From assembly GCA_021825235.1 (NCBI GenBank), contig JAKAIL010000001.1, positions 1 through 51,818 of the forward strand: DNA of 51,818 nucleotides. Reading direction: 5' to 3'. Positions 1 to 9,302 of this stretch are shown in pieces. Position numbers and translations under genes: made by a program. Positions within the stretch are counted from its first letter, which is position 1; each line of letters opens with the position of its first letter. Origin of the DNA: Bacteroidota bacterium. Lineage in GTDB: Bacteria; Bacteroidota; Ignavibacteria; Palsa-1295. The notes beneath the pieces are model-generated. The model did not search any database. It saw only the letters and a program-made list of their open reading frames with translations, and was not told the DNA's origin.

Positions 1-365
1 GGCCAGACAGCATTTCGCATTCCGCACCCGATTCTGTCCAGATCAATTTCCTCTTGGCGTGCGGGGATTCAACTATTCTCGCCGCGATGGAACACCAGCC
101 GCCCTTCAGCATAACGAGCGTGGTTCCCAATCCGGCTTCGACCGCTCTCGCGGTAACGGGGACCGGGGTCCGGGATCCGGGGTCCGATTTGGAGTTCCAA
201 ATATTCGATGCGCTTGGGAACTGCGTACTCACTCAACACTATCCACTATCCACTCTCCACTTCGAAACCACCCTAAAAGTGAGTGGCCTGCCGAGCGGCA
301 TTTATTTCCTCCGCATAAGTTCCGGCGGCTATGCCCTGAGCCGAAGCGTTTCCATCGAGCGGTAA
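1..365 (+). CDS. 3' fragment of a secreted protein ending in a T9SS (Por) C-terminal sorting domain; 5' end outside the window
   Basis: The frame is open from nt 3 to the stop at 363-365. The tail SVVPNPAST...FQIFDALGNCVL...VSGLPSGIYFLRISSGGYALSRSVSIER has the usual T9SS type-A CTD layout: PNPA start, beta-strand hydrophobic pattern, GxYFxR near the end. Confidence 0.75.
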   Translation, partial: PDSISHSAPDSVQINFLLACGDSTILAAMEHQPPFSITSVVPNPASTALAVTGTGVRDPGSDLEFQIFDALGNCVLTQHYPLSTLHFETTLKVSGLPSGIYFLRISSGGYALSRSVSIER

Positions 366-799
366 ATGGTTTGCTACTGTTTCGTGGAGTTTGATTAATT
401 ATAATACATAATCGCGTTCATTTAGAACGCGGCGATTCCGTGCTGTTTTGGGCACCTCACGGGAACTCGGTTTTGTTTTAGTAGGCGTGAACGTCCCAAT
501 TTATGCCCAAACTGGATTTTTATGGAAGGGCGAATCAGTTCATGAAGAATTTTCCCAAACACCGACTATATATTCTACTAGAATATGTTTTTGAGAGATA
601 CTCCAAGCAGCACGGAAAGCTTTGCAGCCTATTTTTCCAGAAGCCCCTTTTCTTATGAGCCAACAATAACGAAACCATGAGTTGGTTTTCTCTCGTAGTA
701 TAGCGCATGACTACAACAATTGCATTACAAAATAAAGAAGGCTACATCACCGGAGTGGCTTCTAATATTGGGGAGCGTACCCGCAAGGGGGCGGTCGCC

Positions 800-1513
800 A
801 TGAAGAAGCGGGCCGGAATGAGCGTTCGGAAAATGGTGGCGATTGTGCTGTTCGCGGTGGGCGCGGTTTTCGCGCTCGGCTCGACTGTTAACCTCGCGCT
901 TGCAAGAGTGCGCAAGGCCAGCAGAATTGCACAGGTCGGCCACTTTCGATTACTTAATATCTATAACGCGATCAAGGCGTCACATCCGGGGTTCATCAAT
1001 GCGATGAACCGAGCGACAACAGGGCTGGCCTCGTGGTACGGTGGAATTTTTCAGGGCCGAAAAACGGCAATGGGAACCACGTATAATATGAATGACATGA
1101 CGGCAGCCCATCGCACGCTCCCGTTGGGAACCTGGGTGCGGGTTACCAACCAGGAGAACGACCGTTCGGTCGTCGTCCAGGTGACAGACCGTGGCCCGTA
1201 TGTTGCCAACCGCATCATGGACCTTTCCTACGCCGCTGCGGAGCAGCTCGGCTACGCCAATGCCGGCACGACGGAAATCTCCATGCAGGTGCTGGGCAAT
1301 AGCCCTGATGCCACGGAAGTTGCGGACAATGGTAGTACAACCTCCCAGCCCGCTGTTATTCCGGCCATGTTCAAGGTCTCGGCGGATTCGTATAACGTGA
1401 ACCTTTCGGGTTCCACCGATTCCACGAGCGATCCGGTTTCGGATGTAATCAACGCGGTCTCGGACTTGGCAGCGGGTTCCCCGGCACAGGCCGCAACCGA
1501 TCTCTTTGCTTAA
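800..1513 (+). CDS. rlpA: RlpA-like lytic transglycosylase / double-psi beta-barrel (DPBB) family protein
   Basis: ORF 707-1513. The core ASWYGGIFQGRKTAMGTTYNMNDMTAAHRTLPLGTWVRVTNQENDRSVVVQVTDRGPYVANRIMDLSYAAAEQLG matches the RlpA DPBB signature. I placed the start at ATG 800 (MKKRAGMSVRK followed by a hydrophobic anchor); ATG 707 is also possible. Confidence 0.85.
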   Translation: MKKRAGMSVRKMVAIVLFAVGAVFALGSTVNLALARVRKASRIAQVGHFRLLNIYNAIKASHPGFINAMNRATTGLASWYGGIFQGRKTAMGTTYNMNDMTAAHRTLPLGTWVRVTNQENDRSVVVQVTDRGPYVANRIMDLSYAAAEQLGYANAGTTEISMQVLGNSPDATEVADNGSTTSQPAVIPAMFKVSADSYNVNLSGSTDSTSDPVSDVINAVSDLAAGSPAQAATDLFA

Positions 1514-1560
1514 ACCACAATGACCAAAGCGAGCGGCGGGTAAGAGTCCAAAACGGCTTC

Positions 1561-2274
1561 TTACCCGTTTCTCGCTTTCAATCCGGATGGAAACTGCCAC
1601 ACTTTTGTTTGCTGGTTCAGGAAATAGGGTCCATCCCAGCCCATGTTCGAACGGATGAAATATCCGAGTTCCGGCGATAACCAATAGCGGGTTCCCTGTA
1701 CCCAATTCTGGCCTTGCCACTCGCGGATATCCGTAATAAGCAGTTCAATGCAATGGTAGGTTTTACCCTGCACACTTACCGTATCCCTTCCCGTGACTTG
1801 ATACGTTCGGGTGTGGGGCATATTGTAATTCCGGAGCATCACTATGCCACTATCGTTGGGAAGTTTCTTGCGCATGATTGTTCCGGGCGGAAGACCAAAG
1901 GGAAGTAGATGCCATGCAGAATCCTTCGCTAAATCCCGCACGTATAGATCGCCATGTGGAGCATAGGAAATAAGGGTCGTGTCTTTACTATGGATCGTGT
2001 AAAATGCGACACACCGGGAGCGGCCCAGCGCCCGAAAATTCGAGCGAATGACACGAAGTGTATCATCATTGACCTCGGGATCAGCTTTCGACCGTGGCAC
2101 GAGCGCTCCGGAAGAATCGGTAACATAATAGGTATTGATAATGACCGTTCCCACTACAGGAAGGTGCACTTTTGGCCCCGTTCGAACATTCTGGTTGGCG
2201 GCATAGCCGCTCGAAACTTCGATCGAGAATGCTGTAACCAGAACAGCTATCGAGAGAATGAATTTTTGCATCAT
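1561..2274 (-). CDS. hypothetical secreted protein
   Basis: ORF 1561-2319. I moved the start to the ATG pair at 2274/2271 because MMQKFILSIAVLVTAFSIEVSSGYAANQ looks like a Sec signal peptide. It is on the same strand as, and just downstream of, the 2324-4030 gene. No family recognised. Confidence 0.55.
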   Translation of the reverse strand: MMQKFILSIAVLVTAFSIEVSSGYAANQNVRTGPKVHLPVVGTVIINTYYVTDSSGALVPRSKADPEVNDDTLRVIRSNFRALGRSRCVAFYTIHSKDTTLISYAPHGDLYVRDLAKDSAWHLLPFGLPPGTIMRKKLPNDSGIVMLRNYNMPHTRTYQVTGRDTVSVQGKTYHCIELLITDIREWQGQNWVQGTRYWLSPELGYFIRSNMGWDGPYFLNQQTKVWQFPSGLKARNG

Positions 2275-2323
2275 AAGGAATAGGAGCAATTCCGGTTCTC
2301 TGTCGAAGGTTCCATTCACCCGA

Positions 2324-4030
2324 TCAATTCTTCAGCTCCCAAACCTCGCAGGGATAGGGCCCCTGAGCAAAATGAGCAACCAGTGTATCCTTTCCCGGCT
2401 GAAGTATCGGTGCATAACCAATGCCATGGAAGCGATCGAAATCGAGCTTGGATTGCAGGAGAACATAGGAACGTGGCCTGCCTCGCATTGCATCCACTAC
2501 GCGTGGAAGCAGCGCAGAATCGGCAAGATACGTGCGGCGAAAATCCGGACGGCCCAGAACGTTCAAGGCATCGAAGACAAACCCACCATCGAAGGTATAT
2601 TGATCGGCAAGCTTCGTTTCATCGGGCTCAGGGGTAAGCGCCCCCGGACCATCGATTCCATAAAGGCTATAGCGGGCCACGGCGAGGAGCGAATGTGGCG
2701 GCAAGTTGTGCGCGATCCAGGCAACGGCGCTATTCGCATCTTCGCGCACGGCGCGGACTTCACTCAGCAACCGTTCCTCCCGCCAAACTCGACGCCAAAC
2801 ACCTGCAAGGACCAAAATTCCAAACAGGACAGCAATCCCATAGGCGGTCCATCGGAACTTCGGCATTTCCGTATATGGAGCAAGGGCCATAGCCAAATCT
2901 TCTCCCCAAATAGACCACGCCCATGCAGATAGAAGGGCCGTCAAGAAAGCAACTTCGGTCAACTGCGTTTTCACGAGTTGAACCGTTACGAGCAAGGCGC
3001 CCATTGCAATCAGGATGCACGCAAGAAATGGCAGTAGTCTTCGAATTATCCTTTGCTCGGTACTATTACGGCCTTGCAGAAAAACAAATATAAAGACCAG
3101 CAGAGGTAACGCAATGAGAACGTTTTGAAAAATCAATAGCGATAGCACAGCCGCAAAAATGGTTAGGAACCAAAACCGGATGCCTTTCGAAAGTCTGGCA
3201 AAACTATCAACGATCGCCCGAAGGAGCACATACACGAATGGTGTAAATAGGAGCAGCCGGGCCATGGGACTGAAATAGAGAGCACTATAGTATTCGACCC
3301 TGTCGCGAATAAAATAACCTGCTCCCGGCGAGGAAAGCGAAAAGAACCGATTGGTGCGCGTCGGCGAAACCAGGGCCACCCAGAGACTTATTCCGAGCAA
3401 AATGGCATAGCTAACAATGGCAGCATTTCGTTTGGCAGAAGAGATACTCTTCCACTTATCGAGCACACTTTTGCGCTCCAATAAAAACGATCCTACGACC
3501 ACCACATGCACCAGTACGAACGCAGGTTCCTTCGAGAGCACTGCGAAAATTCCCAGTACCATCGCGAGATACCATAATCGAGGTCGCGCCTCATAAAGCC
3601 CGCGAAGGCCAAAGTACCAGACCATCGCAGTAAAGGCAAGTTCCAATCCAAACGTAAGGTCGCTATACCAGAAGAAAATATTCAGGATGGGTAGGAACGC
3701 CACAAAATAGAGAGCAATCGTGAGCTCGAGCACGTACCATCGGCCAGCAAGATAGCGGGCGGTAAGTCCCGTAAAAGCAATTCCCGTAAGCAGCGAAACG
3801 TCGAGCGTCAGGTGCCACCAGAAGGGATGGTCCCAGCCGGCCAGATGTGTTAAGGCGAACGCCGTTAAGGAAAAAACCGGACGAAAGCTATTGATCATTT
3901 GCCCCCGGACCGGATCGAAAGCATCCCTAATGGAATGGGTTTTGGCCCAAAGCATGAGCAGCACATCGTCCAGCCGGAATGGCATTCGGTAGCGGGTGGT
4001 GAATAGCACCAAGAGCGCCACTCCGGCCAT
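2324..4030 (-). CDS. polytopic membrane protein, probably a GT-C fold (ArnT/PMT_2-like) glycosyltransferase
   Basis: 568-aa ORF with roughly a dozen hydrophobic segments in the first ~400 aa, an early acidic loop motif (RLDDV) after the first TM segment, and a soluble C-terminal ~150 aa. The family call rests on layout and pattern memory only. Confidence 0.5.
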   Translation of the reverse strand: MAGVALLVLFTTRYRMPFRLDDVLLMLWAKTHSIRDAFDPVRGQMINSFRPVFSLTAFALTHLAGWDHPFWWHLTLDVSLLTGIAFTGLTARYLAGRWYVLELTIALYFVAFLPILNIFFWYSDLTFGLELAFTAMVWYFGLRGLYEARPRLWYLAMVLGIFAVLSKEPAFVLVHVVVVGSFLLERKSVLDKWKSISSAKRNAAIVSYAILLGISLWVALVSPTRTNRFFSLSSPGAGYFIRDRVEYYSALYFSPMARLLLFTPFVYVLLRAIVDSFARLSKGIRFWFLTIFAAVLSLLIFQNVLIALPLLVFIFVFLQGRNSTEQRIIRRLLPFLACILIAMGALLVTVQLVKTQLTEVAFLTALLSAWAWSIWGEDLAMALAPYTEMPKFRWTAYGIAVLFGILVLAGVWRRVWREERLLSEVRAVREDANSAVAWIAHNLPPHSLLAVARYSLYGIDGPGALTPEPDETKLADQYTFDGGFVFDALNVLGRPDFRRTYLADSALLPRVVDAMRGRPRSYVLLQSKLDFDRFHGIGYAPILQPGKDTLVAHFAQGPYPCEVWELKN

Positions 4031-4180
4031 TAGAAAAGCTATGTCGAGTTTTCGTTTCAGACGAGAATCACTAATGAGTTCGCACTAAGGAACAGTCGAA
4101 GCTAATTTTCGTTTAACAAATCAGGCACTGAGAAAAATTTGGGAGCATCATTGCTAACTTATCGTTCATCATTGCCTAAT

Positions 4181-4617
4181 GGGGATGCATTGGCTTCGAC
4201 GGGAAATGCTCAGTCGTTGCGGTGCGCGCCGGGTGAGGCCGCAAACATCCGTTGGATGAGCAATCATCCGAAAATACTTGTGGCAAACATAATTGCGAAC
4301 TCTTATAGCTACGCAATGGCTGCCTAAGCTCCTTTAGAGTAATCTGAAGTTGATGCTGCTATTCCATCGAACGATGGGAGGGCGCCCATCTCTTTAGGCT
4401 TATAGATTGGACGGGTCTATCGCAGAGGTGCCGAAAATGTCTAGTCTCTTCTGGCACGAGCGCCATTCGCTTGCCGGAAGTATTCAGGAATGGCGGTGTT
4501 TTTCGATCGGTGGCTTCCTGCTATGATGGAAAGACACGCTAACAACTCAGGAAGCTACGCGCGTAGTACCCATCGGTGGTATTTTTCGGACAGGGGTTCG
4601 ACTCCCCTCATCTCCAC
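4181..4617 (+). ncRNA. ssrA: tmRNA (transfer-messenger RNA)
   Basis: The 5' end GGGGATGCATTGGCTTCGACGGG and the 3' end GGACAGGGGTTCGACTCCCCTCATCTCCA match the conserved tmRNA termini. The acceptor stem GGGGATG/CATCTCC carries the G3:U70 pair. The internal tag frame from GCA 4283 to TAA 4325-4327 reads ANIIANSYSYAMAA. Confidence 0.9.
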
Positions 4618-4637
4618 TTTAGGTCTGATTAAACCAT

Positions 4638-4669
4638 CTAAGGACAAATTCAGAACTTCTTGTCCTTAG
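4638..4669. terminator. hairpin between convergent ssrA and the DJ-1/PfpI gene (possible bidirectional terminator)
   Basis: Perfect 10-bp stem CTAAGGACAA / TTGTCCTTAG (4638-4647 and 4660-4669) with a 12-nt loop. No strong U-tract on either side. Confidence 0.45.
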
Positions 4670-4697
4670 GGCCTTTAGCATAGCATACCTCATCACC

Positions 4698-5258
4698 TTA
4701 TGCATGCGCAGGTACATGCTCGGCGAAGAGCTTGAGCATTTCTCGATTGAAGGCCGGAATATCGGATGGCTGGCGCGAGGAGACCCAATTGCTGTCCCGA
4801 ATTACTTCCACATCTTCATAATGCGCACCAGAATTGATTATATCGTCCGTAATCGTGTGGTAACCGGTGAAATGCCGGTTGCGAGCCAACCTCGCAGAAA
4901 TGATAATCCATGGCGCGTGACAAATAAAGGCAATCGGCTTTTCCTCGCGGTCCATTTGGCGGACGAAATCGAGTGCTTTCTTCTCAACACGCAGTCGATC
5001 GGCATTGAGCGCGCCTCCCGGCAGCATCAGCGCATCGAAATGATCTGGATTTGCATCTTCCAGCGCCATGTCAACAATGTATGTTTCGCTTGGTTTATCA
5101 TGCTGAATCGCTCGAATACGGCCTTTGTTCGGAGCGATTAGTACGGTCTGCGCTCCTGCGTGATCGAGCGCCTTACGCGGCTCGGTCATCTCTTTTTCTT
5201 CAAAATTATCGGTCGCAATAATTGCGACTTTCATACCCTCAAGTTCGTTATGTGGCAT
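4698..5258 (-). CDS. DJ-1/PfpI family protein (type 1 glutamine amidotransferase-like, general stress protein type)
   Basis: MKVAIIATDNFEEKEMTEP...LMLPGGALNADRLR...KPIAFICHAPWIIISA contains the nucleophile-elbow Cys-His (ICHAP) of DJ-1/PfpI proteins. Start taken at ATG 5258 (MPHNELEGMKVAII); the ORF track extends to 5312. Confidence 0.85.
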   Translation of the reverse strand: MPHNELEGMKVAIIATDNFEEKEMTEPRKALDHAGAQTVLIAPNKGRIRAIQHDKPSETYIVDMALEDANPDHFDALMLPGGALNADRLRVEKKALDFVRQMDREEKPIAFICHAPWIIISARLARNRHFTGYHTITDDIINSGAHYEDVEVIRDSNWVSSRQPSDIPAFNREMLKLFAEHVPAHA

Positions 5259-5336
5259 CTTTCCCCCGTTTTTTTTGCCGCTCAAGCGAGCAAATCGCGG
5301 GCCGCAGGCCATCTCTTCCGTATTTTTGCATACTTG

Positions 5337-7094
5337 ATGACTAATCGCCTACTCAATCTCGTCTGGGGACTATTTCTTTTCCTTTTGATTCTATACGTTT
5401 TTCCTACCCGCTCGTCTGCGCAAACGGACGATCAGGTCCATGCTACCGGCTCGAATCTGCTGCGGGCCGGGGCTGGCTCCACGACCGATCCGCAAGGTAA
5501 CGAAAGCGATAAACGCTATTTAGAAGAGATTGCGGACCTTCGACTTTTCTATCAATATCTCTCCGTTGGGCTTCGTTATGAAATGGACGACCCGAGCGAA
5601 GTGGGCCGCTCCTATACCGACCGAAATTTCCGTCGCCGGTGGATCACATACAATAAGGACCAAGCCAATCTGACGGCGGGCGATTTTCCCGCACTGTTTG
5701 GGCGCGGACTCGCGGTGAACCTTTTCGAATCGCGCCCGCTGAATTACGATTCCTGGCTCGATGGCTTTTATGGCAAGACCGGCTATGATATTCCAAAGCA
5801 GTGGACTGATCTCAACGCTTCCGTTAGCGTTAAGGCATTGGCAGGCCTGGAGGACTTCTATCCCATCGATACCACGTTGCCAGTAATGCATATTTCCGCA
5901 CGAGCAGCGAATGGCGAGTTTGGCCTCTTCGATAAACGAGTTACGGTAGGAGCAAGCTTCCTCCAGGCTTTTACCGGAACGTCACAACCCGGGCCGTTCA
6001 ATTCTACCTTCGTCACCAGCCGCGAAGTTAACCAACCGGACGTATATGCAGACATCAATTCCGGCGATTTCGAGGCCTATGGCGAGTGGACGCAGGACCG
6101 CACGCATGTAAACCAGTTGCTCAGCACCAATGTCGATACCAACCATACCGGCAATGCGTTTTACATGGCGCTCAGCTACTCGAATTCGTTCCTGGGCCTC
6201 ACCTTCGATTACAAGAACTATAGCTATTTCCTGCATGCGCCCGGTGACGCATACACCAATGTTTTTAGCAAGCTCCCTATTTCCAGTCCGCCGGAAGTGT
6301 ATAAAGATTTCACCTTTACGTCTATTACACGGACAACGCACTCGGTCAATTTCGATGATGAAGTGGGCTATCAGCTCGAAGCCAATATTACCGCGATTCC
6401 AGAGTGGGTCATCGACCTGGATGCTGCCGCTTCGAGTTCCCACGACAAATATAACGTGGCCGGGTTAGCAGTGGATAGTACCGGCCTATTGCCGCGAATC
6501 ACCGATCAGGGATTCTACCCATTCTGGGAAGCCTACGCGGAAGCCGAATGGGATTTCGATCCGAATAACGAGGAAAATTTCGTGAAATTTGCAATTCACC
6601 GTCGCAGTGATGTGATTACCTATAATCCCGCTTCCCCCTCCGCTACGGATTACCGCTATGCAACCACGGTCGCGGCGAAGTTCCAATATGAAACGCGGCC
6701 AAACCAAAGCTTTCTGGGAATCATCGAGCACCAATGGGCTTACGACGCCTCGCTCATCACAAAGGATAAACGTCGGCTGAACGAACTCGTCACGCTCCAA
6801 TACTCGTTCGATCCGGTCATTACCTTCGGCGTAATCTTCGATTATGGGCTTTATTACGATAATCGGCCCATCACTATTGACAATGACCTTTTCAGCGGTT
6901 GGAACCTGCATCTTTGGGGCAATGCGGAGATTGGGCACATGCCCGAATTCTTTACCTCGCTACGCATGGGCCAATCCCACTGGCTACTCTTGCAATACGG
7001 CGCGGAACGCGGCGGACTCAATTGCACCGGCGGAATTTGCCGAGTCGTACCGCCGTTCAATGGGCTGAGAGTCACATTAACGAGTCAAATATGA
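5337..7094 (+). CDS. putative outer-membrane beta-barrel protein (possibly DUF6029-like)
   Basis: ORF 5160-7094. I moved the start to ATG 5337, which gives the signal peptide MTNRLLNLVWGLFLFLLILYVFPTRSSAQ; the longer form would overlap the divergent DJ-1 gene. The sequence is rich in alternating aromatic/polar strand-like segments. The Cys-containing C-terminal motif is GGLNCTGGICRVVPPFNG. Confidence 0.55.
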   Translation: MTNRLLNLVWGLFLFLLILYVFPTRSSAQTDDQVHATGSNLLRAGAGSTTDPQGNESDKRYLEEIADLRLFYQYLSVGLRYEMDDPSEVGRSYTDRNFRRRWITYNKDQANLTAGDFPALFGRGLAVNLFESRPLNYDSWLDGFYGKTGYDIPKQWTDLNASVSVKALAGLEDFYPIDTTLPVMHISARAANGEFGLFDKRVTVGASFLQAFTGTSQPGPFNSTFVTSREVNQPDVYADINSGDFEAYGEWTQDRTHVNQLLSTNVDTNHTGNAFYMALSYSNSFLGLTFDYKNYSYFLHAPGDAYTNVFSKLPISSPPEVYKDFTFTSITRTTHSVNFDDEVGYQLEANITAIPEWVIDLDAAASSSHDKYNVAGLAVDSTGLLPRITDQGFYPFWEAYAEAEWDFDPNNEENFVKFAIHRRSDVITYNPASPSATDYRYATTVAAKFQYETRPNQSFLGIIEHQWAYDASLITKDKRRLNELVTLQYSFDPVITFGVIFDYGLYYDNRPITIDNDLFSGWNLHLWGNAEIGHMPEFFTSLRMGQSHWLLLQYGAERGGLNCTGGICRVVPPFNGLRVTLTSQI

Positions 7095-7214
7095 TAAGGC
7101 GCATACGCAATGACTCTTTTCCTTCAGCTCCTTTCCATTTCGGATGGAAGTTCTGAAATTGCACCAGGAGCTACATCGTGAATCAACTCGCAACTATTTT
7201 TTAGATCTATTACA

Positions 7215-8207
7215 ATGTTTGGCTTCACTTTTTGGATACTTGCAGAACTGTTTTCGAATGTTAATTGCGGGAATTGCCCCGTTCCCGATAACATGTACGA
7301 AAATTATGTAAACAGCCACTCTAATGTGGCTGTGATAAATTACCATAATTCCACCACGGATCCGCAGGACCCTTTTTATTTAGCCAGTCTTCCCGCTTCA
7401 CAGCAACGCGATGTATTTTATGGTGGAAGCGGCGGGCTGAGTGATCCCACAGCCTACATCGATGGTGTTTTCGCTGGCTCGACAGAAGGAACGTGGGAAA
7501 CCTATTCCAATGCAGCAGTGGGGAAAGCTATCCCGATCACACCTATCGTTAGTCACGGGCCGGCCGGAATTGATACGATAACCTTTAGCGTCACGGGTGC
7601 GTCCCCCATACAGGTAAATGCTTATGTCGCGATTACGGAGTCCCAGATTTATTTTGGCAATAACAAGAGCTATGGCAATCCACCCGATAGCCTTTGGAAT
7701 AATATTTTTCGCACGATGCTGATACCCGCGGGTGGAACGAATTTCAACCTTAATGGCACCAACACGTTCAGCGTCATCTACGATTCTTCCGCTCAGCGCT
7801 TTGCTGGGAACCTGCAGAATATGCAGGCCGTCGTATTCGTGCAGGATGTCAGTCCTACCACACCGAGCAATAATAATTCTCATCAGGTAGAGGCGATCGG
7901 TGTAGTTTCGCTTGGTTCGCCGAGCGCCGTCACAGCACAAAACGCTTCCGCAACAAGGCTAATCATTCCGGACAATCCGCTTTCACCTCAGGGCGAGTTC
8001 CGACTTGAACTTGCTTCTCCGGGCCATGTGCAAGTCACCGTGTACGATATGCTGGGCCGCAAGATCCGTACGCTGGTGGACGGCACCATGCCTGCCGGTG
8101 AAACCACCGTGGACATGAACGGCACCACGCTCCCCTCCGGCGCCTATCTCGCCCAGCTTTCGGTGGATGGCTTGGTCGTGGACCAGCAGAAGTTTGTGTC
8201 GCCGTAG
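7215..8207 (+). CDS. T9SS-sorted protein with an N-terminal thioredoxin-like (Omp28-related) CxxC region
   Basis: The C-terminal 70 aa (HVQVTVYDMLGRKIRTLVDG...LPSGAYLAQLSVDGLVVDQQKFVSP) form a T9SS CTD. The N-terminal segment WILAELFSNVNCGNCP resembles the CxxC start of Omp28-related thioredoxin-fold proteins. No signal peptide is present after ATG 7215. Confidence 0.65.
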   Translation: MFGFTFWILAELFSNVNCGNCPVPDNMYENYVNSHSNVAVINYHNSTTDPQDPFYLASLPASQQRDVFYGGSGGLSDPTAYIDGVFAGSTEGTWETYSNAAVGKAIPITPIVSHGPAGIDTITFSVTGASPIQVNAYVAITESQIYFGNNKSYGNPPDSLWNNIFRTMLIPAGGTNFNLNGTNTFSVIYDSSAQRFAGNLQNMQAVVFVQDVSPTTPSNNNSHQVEAIGVVSLGSPSAVTAQNASATRLIIPDNPLSPQGEFRLELASPGHVQVTVYDMLGRKIRTLVDGTMPAGETTVDMNGTTLPSGAYLAQLSVDGLVVDQQKFVSP

Positions 8208-8384
8208 CGGGGAGGTGGCATGGCGCAGGCAATCCGGGACAAGAAGGACTTCAAGGACTAAAAGGAAAGCTCACGAAGCCGTAGCCCTTGTGTCCGCAGA
8301 GTCGCTTAGATCCCATGCGGCGAGCGTCAGCTTCATCTTCTGAGATTACCCGAGCCACCCGCGATTCCGCCGTAATTTTGTAGA

Positions 8385-9255
8385 ATGTTCATCTCGGAGT
8401 TTCTCGCCGCATTGGAAAAAGAAGTGCCTCTTGCGGCTGCTGGCTACGCCCGCGATGCCATTGGCTTGCAGGTGGGACTCGCGAAAGCGACCAAGCTTAA
8501 CGCAGCGCTTTTCGCTTATGAAGTGACGCGCGACATAATTGCGGAGGCGAAGCAACGCAAAGCGAATCTTATCATTGCATTTCATCCTCTGATTTTTCCT
8601 ACTATTGACGGCGTAACCGATGAAACGCGAACGGGCACGCTTATTCACGAATTGGTCAAAAGCGATATTGCGCTCTATATTCTGCACACAGCATTCGATA
8701 CCCACGCGGAATTTGGAACGAGCCGACTGATGGCCGAGGCATTGAAGCTCGAAAACATACGAACGCTCTCCGAGAACCCACTCGCCCGACTCAAAACCGG
8801 CTTCCCCGATGGAACTGGCATGGGAGCACTCGGCTCGTGGTCCAAGGCAAAATCATGGCGGGAGGTACTTGCACTTACGGCGAAAACTTTTCGCACGGAT
8901 ACCGTCCGGCATAATGAGAAAACACCTGAAAAAATAAAACACGTTGCACTCCTCGGTGGCGCCGGAATGGAGTTCTACGATGACGCCGTTTCGGTGGGCG
9001 CCGATGCATTTATTTACAGCCGATGTTCGCTACCATGACTTTTACCGTGCCGACCATGACCATATTCTTCTTATCGATGCCGGACACGCGGAGACAGAAA
9101 GATTTGTTACTCAGGGGATGCTCCGTGCCGCGCGGAAGGCACTGGGGATGAATCAGAACGCTCGGAATACCGTAGCATCGGCTGAAAAACTCCTTCTGCT
9201 TGCGCACACGGAGCCCAATGCCGTCCGATATTTCAACTCCGGACCAATGCGGTAA
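8385..9255 (+). pseudogene. NIF3-family (YbgI/YqfO, GTP cyclohydrolase 1 type 2 homologue) gene interrupted by a +1 frameshift
   Basis: Frame 1 (8385-9038) gives the NIF3 N-terminal part (...ANLIIAFHPLIFP...ALYILHTAFD...) and ends GADAFIYSRCSLP*. Frame 2 (to 9255) continues TADVRYHDFYRADHDHILLIDAGHAETERFV, which is the canonical NIF3 C-terminus. The frames join cleanly if one T of the run at 9013-9015 is removed. Confidence 0.8.
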
Positions 9256-9302
9256 ACTCCCTTAGCGATACGGAATAGCAAGATTTTATAACCGATAACG
9301 AC

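Noticed and set aside
980-1720. 246-aa minus-strand ORF overlapping the rlpA-like gene and the start of the next gene.
   Set aside because: It is antisense to a gene with a clear DPBB signature. It has an Arg/Gly/His-rich, low-complexity composition typical of antisense frames in GC-balanced coding DNA. No motif was recognised.
4618-5312. Genomic island integrated at the tmRNA 3' end.
   Set aside because: There is no duplicated ssrA 3' segment, no integrase and no compositional shift. The adjacent genes look like ordinary core genes.
5160-5336. N-terminal 59-codon extension of the outer-membrane barrel ORF.
   Set aside because: The extension overlaps the divergent DJ-1/PfpI coding region. 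It precedes a textbook signal peptide that starts at ATG 5337.
8373-8380. TAATTTTG boxes at 8373-8380 and 35580-35587 as additional Bacteroidetes-type -7 promoter elements.
   Set aside because: Neither has a TTTG -33 element at the expected ~19-21 nt spacing. The first would imply a leaderless NIF3 mRNA. The evidence is too weak to list them as features.
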